64,000 nucleotides of DNA. Origin: Erysipelotrichaceae bacterium. Lineage in GTDB: Bacteria; Bacillota_I; Bacilli_A; Erysipelotrichales; Erysipelotrichaceae. Where the stretch lies: NCBI GenBank assembly GCA_022799495.1, contig JAAWON010000001.1:39684-103683 (forward strand), written 5' to 3'. The notes below the pieces were generated by a model that saw only the letters and a program-made list of their open reading frames with translations, was not told where the DNA came from and did no database searches. The position numbers and the translations under genes are program-made. Below, one piece after another: positions 22,355-32,538 of the stretch; positions within the stretch are counted from its first letter, which is position 1; the number at the start of each line of letters is the position of its first letter.

Positions 22355-22405
22355 AAAAAACTGCCTGCCCATACAGTCGCATATCACTGTTTGGACAGAC
22401 AGTTC
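22355..22405 (-). terminator. intrinsic terminator after mazF
   Basis: actgcctgcccatacagt...actgtttggacagacagt stem with A-run on plus strand (U-run on minus). Confidence 0.6.
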
Positions 22406-22411
22406 ATTCTG

Positions 22412-22744
22412 TTATAAATGCAAACTCACTTTGATCGCATGATCCACTTTCCCCATGGTCGTATCATCCAGTGTACAGATCCATTGGCCCAAGCGCTGTT
22501 TATCAATCGTGCGCAGTTGTTCACATAAGATCATGGAAACATAACTAAGCGCATCATCCGCAAAGATCACATGGGTAGGGATCGGCGGTTTGCTCATCTT
22601 CTTGGAAATCGGAGCGACAATAATCGTATTAGAATATTTATTGCCCTTATCATTTTGAATGACCAGCACCGGCCGCACTCCGCCTTGTTCACTGCCGATC
22701 ACCGGTGATAAATTCGCATAAAACACATCTCCGCGCTTTACCAT
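22412..22744 (-). CDS. mazF: PemK/MazF family endoribonuclease toxin (NdoA-like)
   Basis: KRGDVFYANLSPVIGSEQGGVRPVLVIQND, EQLRTIDKQRL. Confidence 0.93.
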   Translation of the reverse strand: MVKRGDVFYANLSPVIGSEQGGVRPVLVIQNDKGNKYSNTIIVAPISKKMSKPPIPTHVIFADDALSYVSMILCEQLRTIDKQRLGQWICTLDDTTMGKVDHAIKVSLHL

Positions 22745-23733
22745 TATTTCATCACTGCCACCTGCATACTGTTGATCACACTCATCATTTCCTCCGGATC
22801 CAAATCATCGGAGAACACGGTATACTCAATCCCATTTGCCATCGCAGACAAACGATTTCCATCATAGAATCCCACCACATCCAAGACATCCATCATCTGT
22901 CCCGGCATGATGACTGTCTGCGTTGTATCGGAACCGGTACGAATATTTTCCACAACCGTGAAATTCTTAGCACCGCTGAACTCCAGAATGTGCTTGGTGA
23001 CACCATTGTTATTCATTACGCTCTTGCCACTCAGTTGAGCATCAAATACCGCAGAAGGATACAGCGGCAAATCCGCTTCACTCACCATCGTAGTACTGGT
23101 TGGTTTTTCCATGCTGGTTGGTGCCGCAAAATAATCAGCGGCGATTTCCTTATTATAATCTACGGTATGAAATTGAATGCGCAATTCTGCATTTTCATCC
23201 TGATTATAGATTTCTACCCATTGAATATTCGCATCTTTATCAAATAACATCTTCTGCTTTACATAACTTTTATTGTTTGGATACACGACCGGTGTAGTGA
23301 TCACATATCCATCTTCCTGTTTCTCTATCTCCGCATTCTCATCATCCACAAATTGAACCATTGATTGTAATAGATAAGGTTTGGGACTGTTCAAAGGCCA
23401 GTCTCCCTCAAACTTGAAGATTTGATTCAAGGCCGGAGTTACGACAAATACGCCCTGTTCATTGCGCAGGATGATCTGTTCTTGATTCAGTGCTTTATCC
23501 AGCAAACTGACTTTAAACATTTCCACTTCATCCATCTTCTGATAGCCTACTTCCACCGCATAGCTCTTAATATCCTCGCCTTTGGTGATCTCCATATCTC
23601 CCTTTAAGATGTACGAATCCAAATCATCCATGACTTTATGAAACTGTCGATCAAATGATTTCGGTCTTAAGGCAAAACCTAAGGCAATCGCCAAGATCAC
23701 AATGCCCAGCGCAGCGATCACTTTCTTTTTCAT
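22744..23733 (-). CDS. YdcC-like LolA-fold sporulation protein
   Basis: EQIILRN..GVFV.TP.LN..FKF..DWP.N....YL..S motif; synteny with ndoA as in B. subtilis. Confidence 0.8.
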   Translation of the reverse strand: MKKKVIAALGIVILAIALGFALRPKSFDRQFHKVMDDLDSYILKGDMEITKGEDIKSYAVEVGYQKMDEVEMFKVSLLDKALNQEQIILRNEQGVFVVTPALNQIFKFEGDWPLNSPKPYLLQSMVQFVDDENAEIEKQEDGYVITTPVVYPNNKSYVKQKMLFDKDANIQWVEIYNQDENAELRIQFHTVDYNKEIAADYFAAPTSMEKPTSTTMVSEADLPLYPSAVFDAQLSGKSVMNNNGVTKHILEFSGAKNFTVVENIRTGSDTTQTVIMPGQMMDVLDVVGFYDGNRLSAMANGIEYTVFSDDLDPEEMMSVINSMQVAVMK

Positions 23734-23758
23734 ACGATTCCTCCCTTTCGCTCACTTC

Positions 23759-23813
23759 ACTGTATGCCCAAGCAAGTAAATTCATTCATAAACGCTCAGG
23801 ATTTTCATAGATT
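23759..23813. promoter_or_regulatory. divergent pair of sigma-E-like promoters
   Basis: minus: gAAT...CATACAGT (23759-23785); plus: tcATA...CATAGATT (23786-23813). Confidence 0.5.
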
Positions 23814-23820
23814 GAAGTAG

Positions 23821-24027
23821 GTGATGGTAATGATGAAGAAACTAACGAGTGTGGCGCAAATTCTGGTTATTTTATTTTGTATTGATTATAGTATCACGAT
23901 TCTGTTAGGGTTTGAATTGATTTATGCCCGCGCGATTGAAGCCGGTGTGCTTGCGAAAGTGTATGCCTTTGTGATTGGTGCTTGTGGATTTTTGGCCATG
24001 CTTGGTATGGGTAAACAAGAGGATTAG
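23821..24027 (+). CDS. small 2-TM membrane protein, DUF378-like
   Basis: Hydrophobic pattern resembling DUF378/YuzA; divergent. Confidence 0.5.
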   Translation: MMVMMKKLTSVAQILVILFCIDYSITILLGFELIYARAIEAGVLAKVYAFVIGACGFLAMLGMGKQED

Positions 24028-24146
24028 CGGGTGATGTAGCAGATAGCGTTTGTTTGTGCATAAGCCAGCAAAAGATCGCTCACATGGGACTTATCGAATA
24101 ATGAAAAATTTGATACGATATGGCAAGTCAGAAAGGATGTGAGATC

Positions 24147-24935
24147 ATGTTAGCTGATTATCATGTGCATACTGCATATAGTCCTGACAGTACCTATCCG
24201 ATGGAAGATGTCGTAAAACGCGCCATCGAATTGGGATTGGATGAATTATGTTTCAGCGATCACAGCGATTATGCGATGGGAGCGAACCAAGTATGCGATT
24301 TTCCCGCATATTTCCGCCAAATTGATGAATTAAAACAGCGCTATCAGGGACAAATTGTACTCAAGACCGGCGCAGAATTTGGTATGCAGACTCATACAAT
24401 TCAACAGTTTCAAGATACCTTTGATCAATATCCCTTTGATTTCGTACTGTTATCCTGTCATCAAATTGACAACCGTGAATTTTCGAATCAGGATTTCCAA
24501 CAAGGCAAAACGCAGGAAGAGATCAATTCTGCCTATTATCAAGAAATCTATGAGGTAATGAAACAATATAAGGATTATAGCGTATTGGGACATTTGGATG
24601 CGATCAAACGCGACGATCCCTATGGTGTTTATCCATTCGTTCATAACAAAGAGATCATTGAAGCGATTCTGCGACTAGCAATTGCGGATGGCAAAGGGAT
24701 TGAGGTCAATACCTCCAGTTTTCGCTATCATTTGCCGGATTTAACACCATGTCGTGAGATCTTGCGCTTGTATCTTGAACTAGGTGGCACCATTCTTACC
24801 ATCGGTTCTGATTCTCATAAACAGGAACATTTGGCTGCTCAATTTCCATTTGTGATACAAGAACTCAAGCAAATCGGCTTTACTCACTATTGTACCTTCA
24901 CCAAGATGGAACCCATTTTTCATGAATTACCCTAG
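24147..24935 (+). CDS. histidinol-phosphatase HisJ family (PHP domain)
   Basis: DYHVHT..S.D, SDH, GHLD, EVNTSS, GSDSH. Confidence 0.9.
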   Translation: MLADYHVHTAYSPDSTYPMEDVVKRAIELGLDELCFSDHSDYAMGANQVCDFPAYFRQIDELKQRYQGQIVLKTGAEFGMQTHTIQQFQDTFDQYPFDFVLLSCHQIDNREFSNQDFQQGKTQEEINSAYYQEIYEVMKQYKDYSVLGHLDAIKRDDPYGVYPFVHNKEIIEAILRLAIADGKGIEVNTSSFRYHLPDLTPCREILRLYLELGGTILTIGSDSHKQEHLAAQFPFVIQELKQIGFTHYCTFTKMEPIFHELP

Positions 24936-25005
24936 CCTGATTTCAGGCTTTTTTTGTGTTTTCAAAGATGTTGTAAGGAAAGAGACAATAGAAAAAGAAC
25001 TCAAA

Positions 25006-26178
25006 TCACTTCGAGTTCTCATTTTCCGCGATTTCATTAAAATCACTCAGCGTCATCTGCTTTTTCTGTAAACGATAGGCAAACAATTCCTTAGCAAGCA
25101 TATATACCACCGCAAATAACGGCACCCCAATGAACATGCCCACGATACCAAACAAGCCTCCACCCACACATACGGCAAACAAGATCCACAAACTAGGCAA
25201 ACCGAGTTTATCGCCTAAAATCAGCGGGCCTAAAATATTACCGTCAAATTGTTGCAGCAATAAAATAAATAAGGCAAAATACACTGCATCAATCGGATGG
25301 ATGATCATTAGGATAAATACTCCGGGTACTGCACCGATAAAGGGGCCAAATACCGGTATCATATTGGTAATGCCGACAATCACCGATAGTAAGATCGCAT
25401 AAGGCAGCTGCAAAATAGACATGCCGATGTAACACAGCACTCCGATAATCAAGGAATCAATTGCTTTCCCTACGATAAAATTATTGAAAATATCTGCGGT
25501 TTTCCGTGATGTGGTGATGAGATACTCTGCCGTATCATTAGGCAAGAGGGCATATACCGCAATGCGGGTATGACGACACAGTTTTTCCTTATCCAGCAGC
25601 ATATACAATGCCGACATGATGCCCAGCACCACATTCAGTAACATATTCATGAAACCATAGGAGAGACGCGCCATTTGCGGCAATGCATTACTGACAAAAT
25701 CAGTCAGTCGCGCAAAAATATCCTGATTTCCAAACAGTTTTTGAATTTCATCTAAATCCAGATGGTTTTCTTCAATCATCGCCTCCACAAAGATCTGAAA
25801 ATCACTGATATACTTTGGAAAGGTTTCTACCAACGAATGTATACTCTCCCATAACTGCGGGATTAACAGATAGAAAAACAGACCGACAATGAAAATCCCT
25901 AGAATCAAGGCTGCGATTGCGGCCAAGGTACGCTTGTGTCCCTGCTTGATACGCAGTTTGTTAAGTCCCTTTTCCTCAATGAACATCATCGGTTTATTCA
26001 ATAAAAAGGCAATCGCAAAGCCAAGAATAAACGGTGAAATTAAACCAAACAGACCGGCAAAGTAACTTTTCAGCGCAGTCAAATTGTAAAATGCGAAAAA
26101 GATCACGATCGCAATCAAGGCAACACTGCCATAAGTTACGATTCTTTTCTTCATACTCTCATCATAATGAAACCGCAT
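25006..26178 (-). CDS. AI-2E family transporter
   Basis: NMIPVFGPFIG, QQFDGNILGP.ILG. Confidence 0.9.
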   Translation of the reverse strand: MRFHYDESMKKRIVTYGSVALIAIVIFFAFYNLTALKSYFAGLFGLISPFILGFAIAFLLNKPMMFIEEKGLNKLRIKQGHKRTLAAIAALILGIFIVGLFFYLLIPQLWESIHSLVETFPKYISDFQIFVEAMIEENHLDLDEIQKLFGNQDIFARLTDFVSNALPQMARLSYGFMNMLLNVVLGIMSALYMLLDKEKLCRHTRIAVYALLPNDTAEYLITTSRKTADIFNNFIVGKAIDSLIIGVLCYIGMSILQLPYAILLSVIVGITNMIPVFGPFIGAVPGVFILMIIHPIDAVYFALFILLLQQFDGNILGPLILGDKLGLPSLWILFAVCVGGGLFGIVGMFIGVPLFAVVYMLAKELFAYRLQKKQMTLSDFNEIAENENSK

Positions 26179-26214
26179 GCGGCACCTCCCAAGTTCTAAT
26201 CGTTTCTATTCTGC

Positions 26215-27864
26215 CTATGTACGCTTCATCAACGCAATCGCATCCAGCAATTCCGCAATCGCTGCGTTGGTTTCAAAACCCTGTACTTCATTACGGAACG
26301 CATAAGCATTTTGTGAAATGGTTAAGATCGCCGGCACTTGTGTATGCTTAAATAGATTGCGTCGGCATGTGGATAAAAACCAATTTAGATCCGCTAAGAA
26401 TACACTTGGCTCATCTAAATGATAAAAACGCATGATGTCACCTAACTCAGCGCGCAGTAAGGATCCGTCCAGATATTGTTTTAAAAAGGCTGTGAGCGTG
26501 AGATCACGTCCCAAATGATCACACAGATAATCATGATAAAACCATTTCATCGGATCTATCTGATCTGCTTTCAATTCAGCGGTTGGCGCCACTTCAAAAT
26601 GGATCGTGCCATCCTTACACACCGGTAAGAGATTTGTAGGTACAGCCTCTTTTTTCATGCGCTGATTCAGCGTTTTGGACAGTTCAAACAACTGTACTTT
26701 GGTCAAATCCCCCAAGATGCCCAAAGCACCAATCGCATCTCCATACAAGGTACAATAGCCAAGCGCATTTTCCACCTTATTGCCATTATTCACCACAACC
26801 CCACCATGAATGGCCGCAAAGGTTGATAACAGATGGCCACGCAACCGTGCCTGTACATTTTCACGAACCAAATCTTGTGATGCGGGATAACCATACGCTT
26901 GCAAAATGGCATCACTTGCATCTACCAAAGGAGCGATACTGCCTTCATGAAAGGCAATCCCGAGCACACTTGCACTGTGTCGCGCATTTTCCTTTGTTTG
27001 TTTACTGTTATGGGCACTGCTCATACTATAGCCAATGATGCGCTCACTCCCCAAGGCATACGTCAACAAAGCAGCCGATACACTGGAATCTAAACCGCCG
27101 GATAGTCCGATGATCCATGGACAGCGCCCACCTAGTATCTGACGATCAAAGCCACGAATTGCCTGCGCCAATAATTCCAATAAATCTCTTTTTAACGGTT
27201 CTTGTTTCTTTAACTGCGTCGTGTCAATCAGCACATAGCCACTTTTTCCATACGGCATCTGCCACATACAATTTCCGTTTTCATAGATGGCACTGCCTCC
27301 CTCCATCATTACCACTGCTTTATTTTTATTTTGTATGCCTACCGCATTGACATAGATTACATTACCGCGCAGTTTCATTTCCTCATGGACATCATAAGGT
27401 CGTGCATCTAAATTGATATTCCAATCGCAAAGTTGTAATTCAGCACCGAAATTCAAGGCCAAATACTGATCCTGAAACTCAATCGCTTTATTGATGGAAG
27501 ATTCACTGAATACTGTTTCATCATAAAATAAATCGTTTCCTTTCGCTTTGACGCGCATATAAGTTTCTTTCTGTTTTGCCAAAAAGGCACAGTGAAACAG
27601 ATGCCCGCCACGATAGCGAATATTCCCCCATACAATCGCAATCGTTTCACTCTGCGCAATGATACGCTCATTAAATGAATCCAAATAGCGACAGTAATCC
27701 GGATCCTTAAAACCATCCCCGACATTTCCGCTAATTGCATCCTGTGGAAACAAAATCATATCCGCATGATCTCGTTTTGCCTGTTCAATCATTTCACACA
27801 TATAAGCATAATTCGCTTCACATCTGCCTGCTTGTACTTCCATTGTGACAATCGCTAGTTTCAT
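26215..27864 (-). CDS. nadE: NAD+ synthetase with degenerate N-terminal nitrilase/glutaminase domain
   Basis: GLSGGLDSS, ENVQARLRG, GNKVE..LGYCTLYGD, PTAEL. Confidence 0.9.
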   Translation of the reverse strand: MKLAIVTMEVQAGRCEANYAYMCEMIEQAKRDHADMILFPQDAISGNVGDGFKDPDYCRYLDSFNERIIAQSETIAIVWGNIRYRGGHLFHCAFLAKQKETYMRVKAKGNDLFYDETVFSESSINKAIEFQDQYLALNFGAELQLCDWNINLDARPYDVHEEMKLRGNVIYVNAVGIQNKNKAVVMMEGGSAIYENGNCMWQMPYGKSGYVLIDTTQLKKQEPLKRDLLELLAQAIRGFDRQILGGRCPWIIGLSGGLDSSVSAALLTYALGSERIIGYSMSSAHNSKQTKENARHSASVLGIAFHEGSIAPLVDASDAILQAYGYPASQDLVRENVQARLRGHLLSTFAAIHGGVVVNNGNKVENALGYCTLYGDAIGALGILGDLTKVQLFELSKTLNQRMKKEAVPTNLLPVCKDGTIHFEVAPTAELKADQIDPMKWFYHDYLCDHLGRDLTLTAFLKQYLDGSLLRAELGDIMRFYHLDEPSVFLADLNWFLSTCRRNLFKHTQVPAILTISQNAYAFRNEVQGFETNAAIAELLDAIALMKRT

Positions 27865-28116
27865 AGTTGTTCTCCTTGCATACTTCTTTATTTTACCACA
27901 TTCAGCTCAATTTAACGACTGTTCTTTTTCGATAAAGTGATACCTTCTCTATCAATTTTGTCACATTACGAAGTTGTTAAACAAAAACATATAGAAAACC
28001 ATTCACTTTTTTGTTTAAAAGGATGCGATAATTTCTCGCTCCGTGCTTGAATTGTCTGTTTTTTCTCTTTATAATGGTAACAGCAAACAGCGTTATCAAT
28101 GAAATCAGGTGATGAG

Positions 28117-28860
28117 ATGCAGGATATATTGGAAGGCAATATTGCCGTAAAAGCAGCGATACAAGCAGGACATAGAGTGATCGAACAGTTGCTGGTGGAT
28201 GAACATAAGCAAGATCGCGATACCCGTTATATTGTGCGTTTGGCAAAGGATCGAAAAATCGCCGTAACAAAATTGCCGCGAAATCAAATTGATGCCTTGG
28301 CAAAAGGCAAAACCCATGGCGGCTTGCTTGCATACTGCCATGAACGCGCCTATCAGAGTTTGGATGCCTATGTAGGTAGAGAACATGTGTTTTTGGCACT
28401 GTTAGAAGGGATAGAGGATCCCTATAATTTCGCATCGGCACTGCGTTCTTTATATGCGGCAGGTTGTGAGGGCGTTATCGTTTCGCCACGCAACTGGACA
28501 AGTGCGACTGATGTGGTGGCAAAAGCAAGCGCAGGGGCATCAGAACTGATTGATCTGATCAAAGCGGATGATATGAACCGGACCATTGTACAGTTAAAAT
28601 CACAAGGGATTTCCCTAGTTTGTGCACAGCGCTGTGACGATGCACAAAGTATTTTTACCTATCAATTCCCAAAGCGCCTTTGTCTTGCGATTGGCGGAGA
28701 AATGCGGGGTTTATCCAAAAGCGTCCGTTGTGCAAGCGATCAAAATATTTATATCCCTTATGGCAATTCTTTCCGTAACGCCATGAGCGCCGCAAGCAGT
28801 TGTGCAATCCTCGCTTTTGAACATCTGCGCCAAACAATTGAAAGAACGGATAAAAAATGA
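28117..28860 (+). CDS. TrmH/SpoU family RNA 2'-O-methyltransferase (RlmB-like)
   Basis: IEDPYNF...RS, KASAGA, IGGE.RGL SPOUT motifs. Confidence 0.88.
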   Translation: MQDILEGNIAVKAAIQAGHRVIEQLLVDEHKQDRDTRYIVRLAKDRKIAVTKLPRNQIDALAKGKTHGGLLAYCHERAYQSLDAYVGREHVFLALLEGIEDPYNFASALRSLYAAGCEGVIVSPRNWTSATDVVAKASAGASELIDLIKADDMNRTIVQLKSQGISLVCAQRCDDAQSIFTYQFPKRLCLAIGGEMRGLSKSVRCASDQNIYIPYGNSFRNAMSAASSCAILAFEHLRQTIERTDKK

Positions 28861-28963
28861 CAGACTCCTGTCTTTTTTATTAGGACATAATCACTATACT
28901 TTCGTCTTATACACATCAGCACCATCATGCCACACTGGCTCATTTACTACATCCACCTAAGAT

Positions 28964-29017
28964 AAAACAAAACACATTTAGCACTATGTGATAACAGTCG
29001 CTAAATGTGTTGTTTTC
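28964..29017. terminator. intrinsic terminator after asnA
   Basis: aaaacaaaacacatttagc...gctaaatgtgttgttttc. Confidence 0.65.
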
Positions 29018-29035
29018 AATCTATTTCTTTCCTGT

Positions 29036-30049
29036 TTAAAGCAGCACAATCCCATGTTCGCCGCATACCTTATGCATCTCCTCACTCCATGCGCTGACCT
29101 GTACTTCACCTATGTGTGCCTTGTTTAATAGCACCATACAAATACGTGACTGGCCGATTCCTCCTCCCATCGTCAACGGCAACTCCCCATTCAGCAGCAT
29201 CCGATGAAACGGCAGTTCCTCGCGTGCTAAACAACCTGCCTTACTTAACTGCTCATGAAGGCTTTGTGCATCCACCCGAATCCCCATACTGGATAATTCC
29301 ACCACACAATCCAACAGCGGATAATAAATCAAAATATCACCGTTCAACTTCCAATCATCATAATCCGGTGCTCGCCCGTCATGCGGTTGACCACTGTTTA
29401 AACGATCCCCAATCTGCATTAAAAACACACTTTTATGCTTTTTACAAATCGCATATTCTCGTTGTTTGGGGGTTAAATCAGGATATGCATCCTCCAATTC
29501 CTGCGTTGTGATAAAGGTGATATCCTCATAGATAAAAGGCTCCAAGTTCTCAAATACCTTGATGATCTCTGACTGTGTTTCACACAATGCCTTCATAATC
29601 AAAATTACGGTATGGCGAAGCAGCGCTTCTCCGCGTTCCTGTTTAGAAATAATCTTTTCCCAATCCCACTGATCCACATAGATCGAATGCAGATGGTCCA
29701 AGTCCTCATCTCGACGCACCGCATTCATATCCGTATAAATCCCCTTATTCACATTGAGATGATAGCGTTTCAGCGCCATCCGTTTCCATTTTGCCAAGGA
29801 ATGAACAATCTCCATATCCTCGCCGCTCTCTTTTATGTCAAAGCGCACAGGCCGCTCTACCCCACTTAGATTATCATTCAAACCACTGTCCCCTGCCACA
29901 AACAGCGGCGCTGAAACACGCATCAGATTCAAATGGTTGGCCAAACGCTTTTCAAATAAATCCTTTACATATTTAATAGCGATCTCTGTTGTCACTAGAT
30001 CCAATTTATTCTCATAATGTTTCGGTATGCGCAAATCTTGAACTGCCAT
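29036..30049 (-). CDS. asnA: aspartate--ammonia ligase
   Basis: VHSLAKWKR, HSIYVDQWDWE, GRAPDYDDW, GGGIGQSR. Confidence 0.97.
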   Translation of the reverse strand: MAVQDLRIPKHYENKLDLVTTEIAIKYVKDLFEKRLANHLNLMRVSAPLFVAGDSGLNDNLSGVERPVRFDIKESGEDMEIVHSLAKWKRMALKRYHLNVNKGIYTDMNAVRRDEDLDHLHSIYVDQWDWEKIISKQERGEALLRHTVILIMKALCETQSEIIKVFENLEPFIYEDITFITTQELEDAYPDLTPKQREYAICKKHKSVFLMQIGDRLNSGQPHDGRAPDYDDWKLNGDILIYYPLLDCVVELSSMGIRVDAQSLHEQLSKAGCLAREELPFHRMLLNGELPLTMGGGIGQSRICMVLLNKAHIGEVQVSAWSEEMHKVCGEHGIVLL

Positions 30050-30176
30050 CCTCATTCCTCCCTTTTCATTGGCACTATTATACTCCATATTCCTCAGAAA
30101 ATATACGCTTTTCAAACATAAAAAAGGAAGTCCGATCATTCAAAGACTTCCCGTTTGCCAATCACTATTTACGAAA

Positions 30177-31760
30177 TTATGCCTCATGGCTTAAAATATA
30201 GCGTTTGGCAAGATAAACAATGATTTTCATCGTTCCATTTACCAATAGAATCAATAGCGAGATAAAAGCAGTTGCCTCAATCAGCGATTGGGAATCAAAC
30301 TGCGGAATCATAAGCGCAATCGGCATATTCTTGAAGTTTGCCAAAAAGGATACCGCTGATATCGTTACCATCGCATTGACAAATAGATAGGAGAACATCT
30401 CCACAATCGTTGCTTTGGTACAAGGAATATAGACATCCAGCAACATACGCAACTTCCCAATGCCCATGGTCAAGGAAATATCCTCTAGTTTCTCATTGAA
30501 ATTGGACAATGAGTTATAAGCCAATAAATATGGAGAAGCAAAGAAATGAGTAACATTCACCATCACCAAGATAATAATCGTACCGTAGATAGCACTGCCT
30601 TTTAGCAGTAACACATAACTTAAGCCCAATACGATACCGGGAATGGCCAAAGACACCATCGCAATTAAATGAAGCGCAAGTGCGGTGAAATTGCGCTGGC
30701 TGCGTGCGGTCACATAAGCACAGAAGTAAGTCAAAATCACACCGATGAGTGCAGTGGCCATCGCAATCGCCAATGAGTTCAACAAGTACGTACCGATGCC
30801 CAAATCAAATGCCTTCTGCACATTCACCAAAGATAAGGAGAGATCAATCGGATAATGCGCAACCAGTGATAACAACGCAAATGCTAAAATCGGCAAGGCG
30901 ATCAAAATAATCACCAGCGTGCAGAAACCATACGCGATCAGATCACGCTTCTTGTTCTCCTTAATCAAATAGGCTTGGGTAATCGTTGAGTTTGATGTGC
31001 TGTTGCGATTGAACAGATCCAATAAAAAGGCAATCAAGGCCGGAATTAACAAGATGATGCCAATGATCGTTCCTTTTGAGAAATCAAGCAGACCGATTAC
31101 CTCCCGATACATATAGACCGGTAAGGTCATCATCTTTCCTCCTACCATCAAAGGCACACCATAATCAGTGAAAATCAAGGTGAATGTCGCAAAGATCGCA
31201 GAGATCAAAGGACGCTTCATATTAGGCAGGGTAATTGTCATGAACTGTTTCATTTTGGATAAACCCAATACCTCTGCCGCCTCATAAGTTGTATAATCCT
31301 CATAATGAAATACATCCGTCAACATCAAGAAAGCGGGTGGAAAAGAATACAGAATGGATCCGATGATAATACCAACATAGCCGTATAGATTGATATTGAT
31401 CCCCAATAAATTCGTCAATATTCCATTATCACCGAACAAAATCACCAAGCCTTGTCCATGAGAAATACTGGGAATCAGCATTGGCAAAGTAAACAGCATC
31501 GCAAATACGGCGCGATAACGCATATTAGAGCGATTGACACACCATGCCAGAGCGAATGCAATACTGACCGAAATCAACGTTGCCACACTTGTCGTAAATA
31601 AAGAATTGCGTATCATCGGCATAAACTGCGGTGATTGAAATACGGCCGGGATGTCAGATGGATCAATATGACTCATTAAAGTGATGAGCGGCAGCACGAC
31701 GGACACCAATAAAAATACAATGATGAACACTCGTAGGCTGTTATATCCCTTATTTTTCAT
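30177..31760 (-). CDS. ABC transporter fused double permease (FbpB / aminoethylphosphonate-type)
   Basis: Two EAA loops (YEAAEVLG; LEDISLTMG), about 12 TM. Confidence 0.88.
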   Translation of the reverse strand: MKNKGYNSLRVFIIVFLLVSVVLPLITLMSHIDPSDIPAVFQSPQFMPMIRNSLFTTSVATLISVSIAFALAWCVNRSNMRYRAVFAMLFTLPMLIPSISHGQGLVILFGDNGILTNLLGININLYGYVGIIIGSILYSFPPAFLMLTDVFHYEDYTTYEAAEVLGLSKMKQFMTITLPNMKRPLISAIFATFTLIFTDYGVPLMVGGKMMTLPVYMYREVIGLLDFSKGTIIGIILLIPALIAFLLDLFNRNSTSNSTITQAYLIKENKKRDLIAYGFCTLVIILIALPILAFALLSLVAHYPIDLSLSLVNVQKAFDLGIGTYLLNSLAIAMATALIGVILTYFCAYVTARSQRNFTALALHLIAMVSLAIPGIVLGLSYVLLLKGSAIYGTIIILVMVNVTHFFASPYLLAYNSLSNFNEKLEDISLTMGIGKLRMLLDVYIPCTKATIVEMFSYLFVNAMVTISAVSFLANFKNMPIALMIPQFDSQSLIEATAFISLLILLVNGTMKIIVYLAKRYILSHEA

Positions 31761-32538
31761 AAAGCGTTCTTCCTGTGCATTTTAACAGCGATTGCAGTTT
31801 TTGATCCAGATGCGCAATGACAAAATCTTTAATATAATCATTGGCCGGATGATCATAGATCTGTTTTGGCGTATCCAACTGCTCAATGTTTCCTTCACTC
31901 ATTACCATAATGCGATCACTTAAATAAAACGCTTCTTCCTGTTCGTGAGTGATAAAGATCATCGTAGAATTGAACTGTTTTTGAATCTCTTTCAATTCCT
32001 TTTTCATCACTTCCCGCATACTGACATCCAATGCCGAAATCGGCTCATCCAACAAAATGATTTTAGGATTGAGCGCCAATGTACGCGCAATCGCGACACG
32101 TTGTTGCTGACCGCCGGATAATTGCGAAGGGCGCTTATGAAGTTGCTCCTGCATCCCGATTTGTTCCAGTGTCTTAACCGCAATTGATCGACTCTCTGCT
32201 TTTTTATCGGCACGCAGTCTCAATGCATATTCCACATTCTCCAAAACTGTCATATTGGGGAACAACGCATAATTTTGGAAGATGATGCCCATCTCGCGCT
32301 CATGTGGTTTTAAGGCGGAGATATCCTTTCCATCCATCAAAATCTGACCGCTGTTTTGTTGATCCAAACCGATCAATATGCGAAGCAGTGTCGTCTTACC
32401 ACAACCACTCGGCCCCAAAACACTTAGAAATTCTCCCTCTTTCACTTGGAAGGATACAGATTTCAACACCTCTTTTTGATCAAAGCGTTTTGTAAGATCC
32501 TTCACTTCCAGTTTAATTGTATCTTTTAGTATTTCCAT
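31750..32538 (-). CDS. ABC transporter ATP-binding protein
   Basis: GPSGCGKT, LSGGQQQR, LLDEP. Confidence 0.93.
   Translation of the reverse strand: MEILKDTIKLEVKDLTKRFDQKEVLKSVSFQVKEGEFLSVLGPSGCGKTTLLRILIGLDQQNSGQILMDGKDISALKPHEREMGIIFQNYALFPNMTVLENVEYALRLRADKKAESRSIAVKTLEQIGMQEQLHKRPSQLSGGQQQRVAIARTLALNPKIILLDEPISALDVSMREVMKKELKEIQKQFNSTMIFITHEQEEAFYLSDRIMVMSEGNIEQLDTPKQIYDHPANDYIKDFVIAHLDQKLQSLLKCTGRTLYEK

Noticed and set aside
27977-28441. 154-aa ORF antisense to the TrmH-family gene, and similar overlaps such as 21809-22288 and 22705-23247
   Set aside because: They overlap well-supported genes on the opposite strand with no independent evidence.
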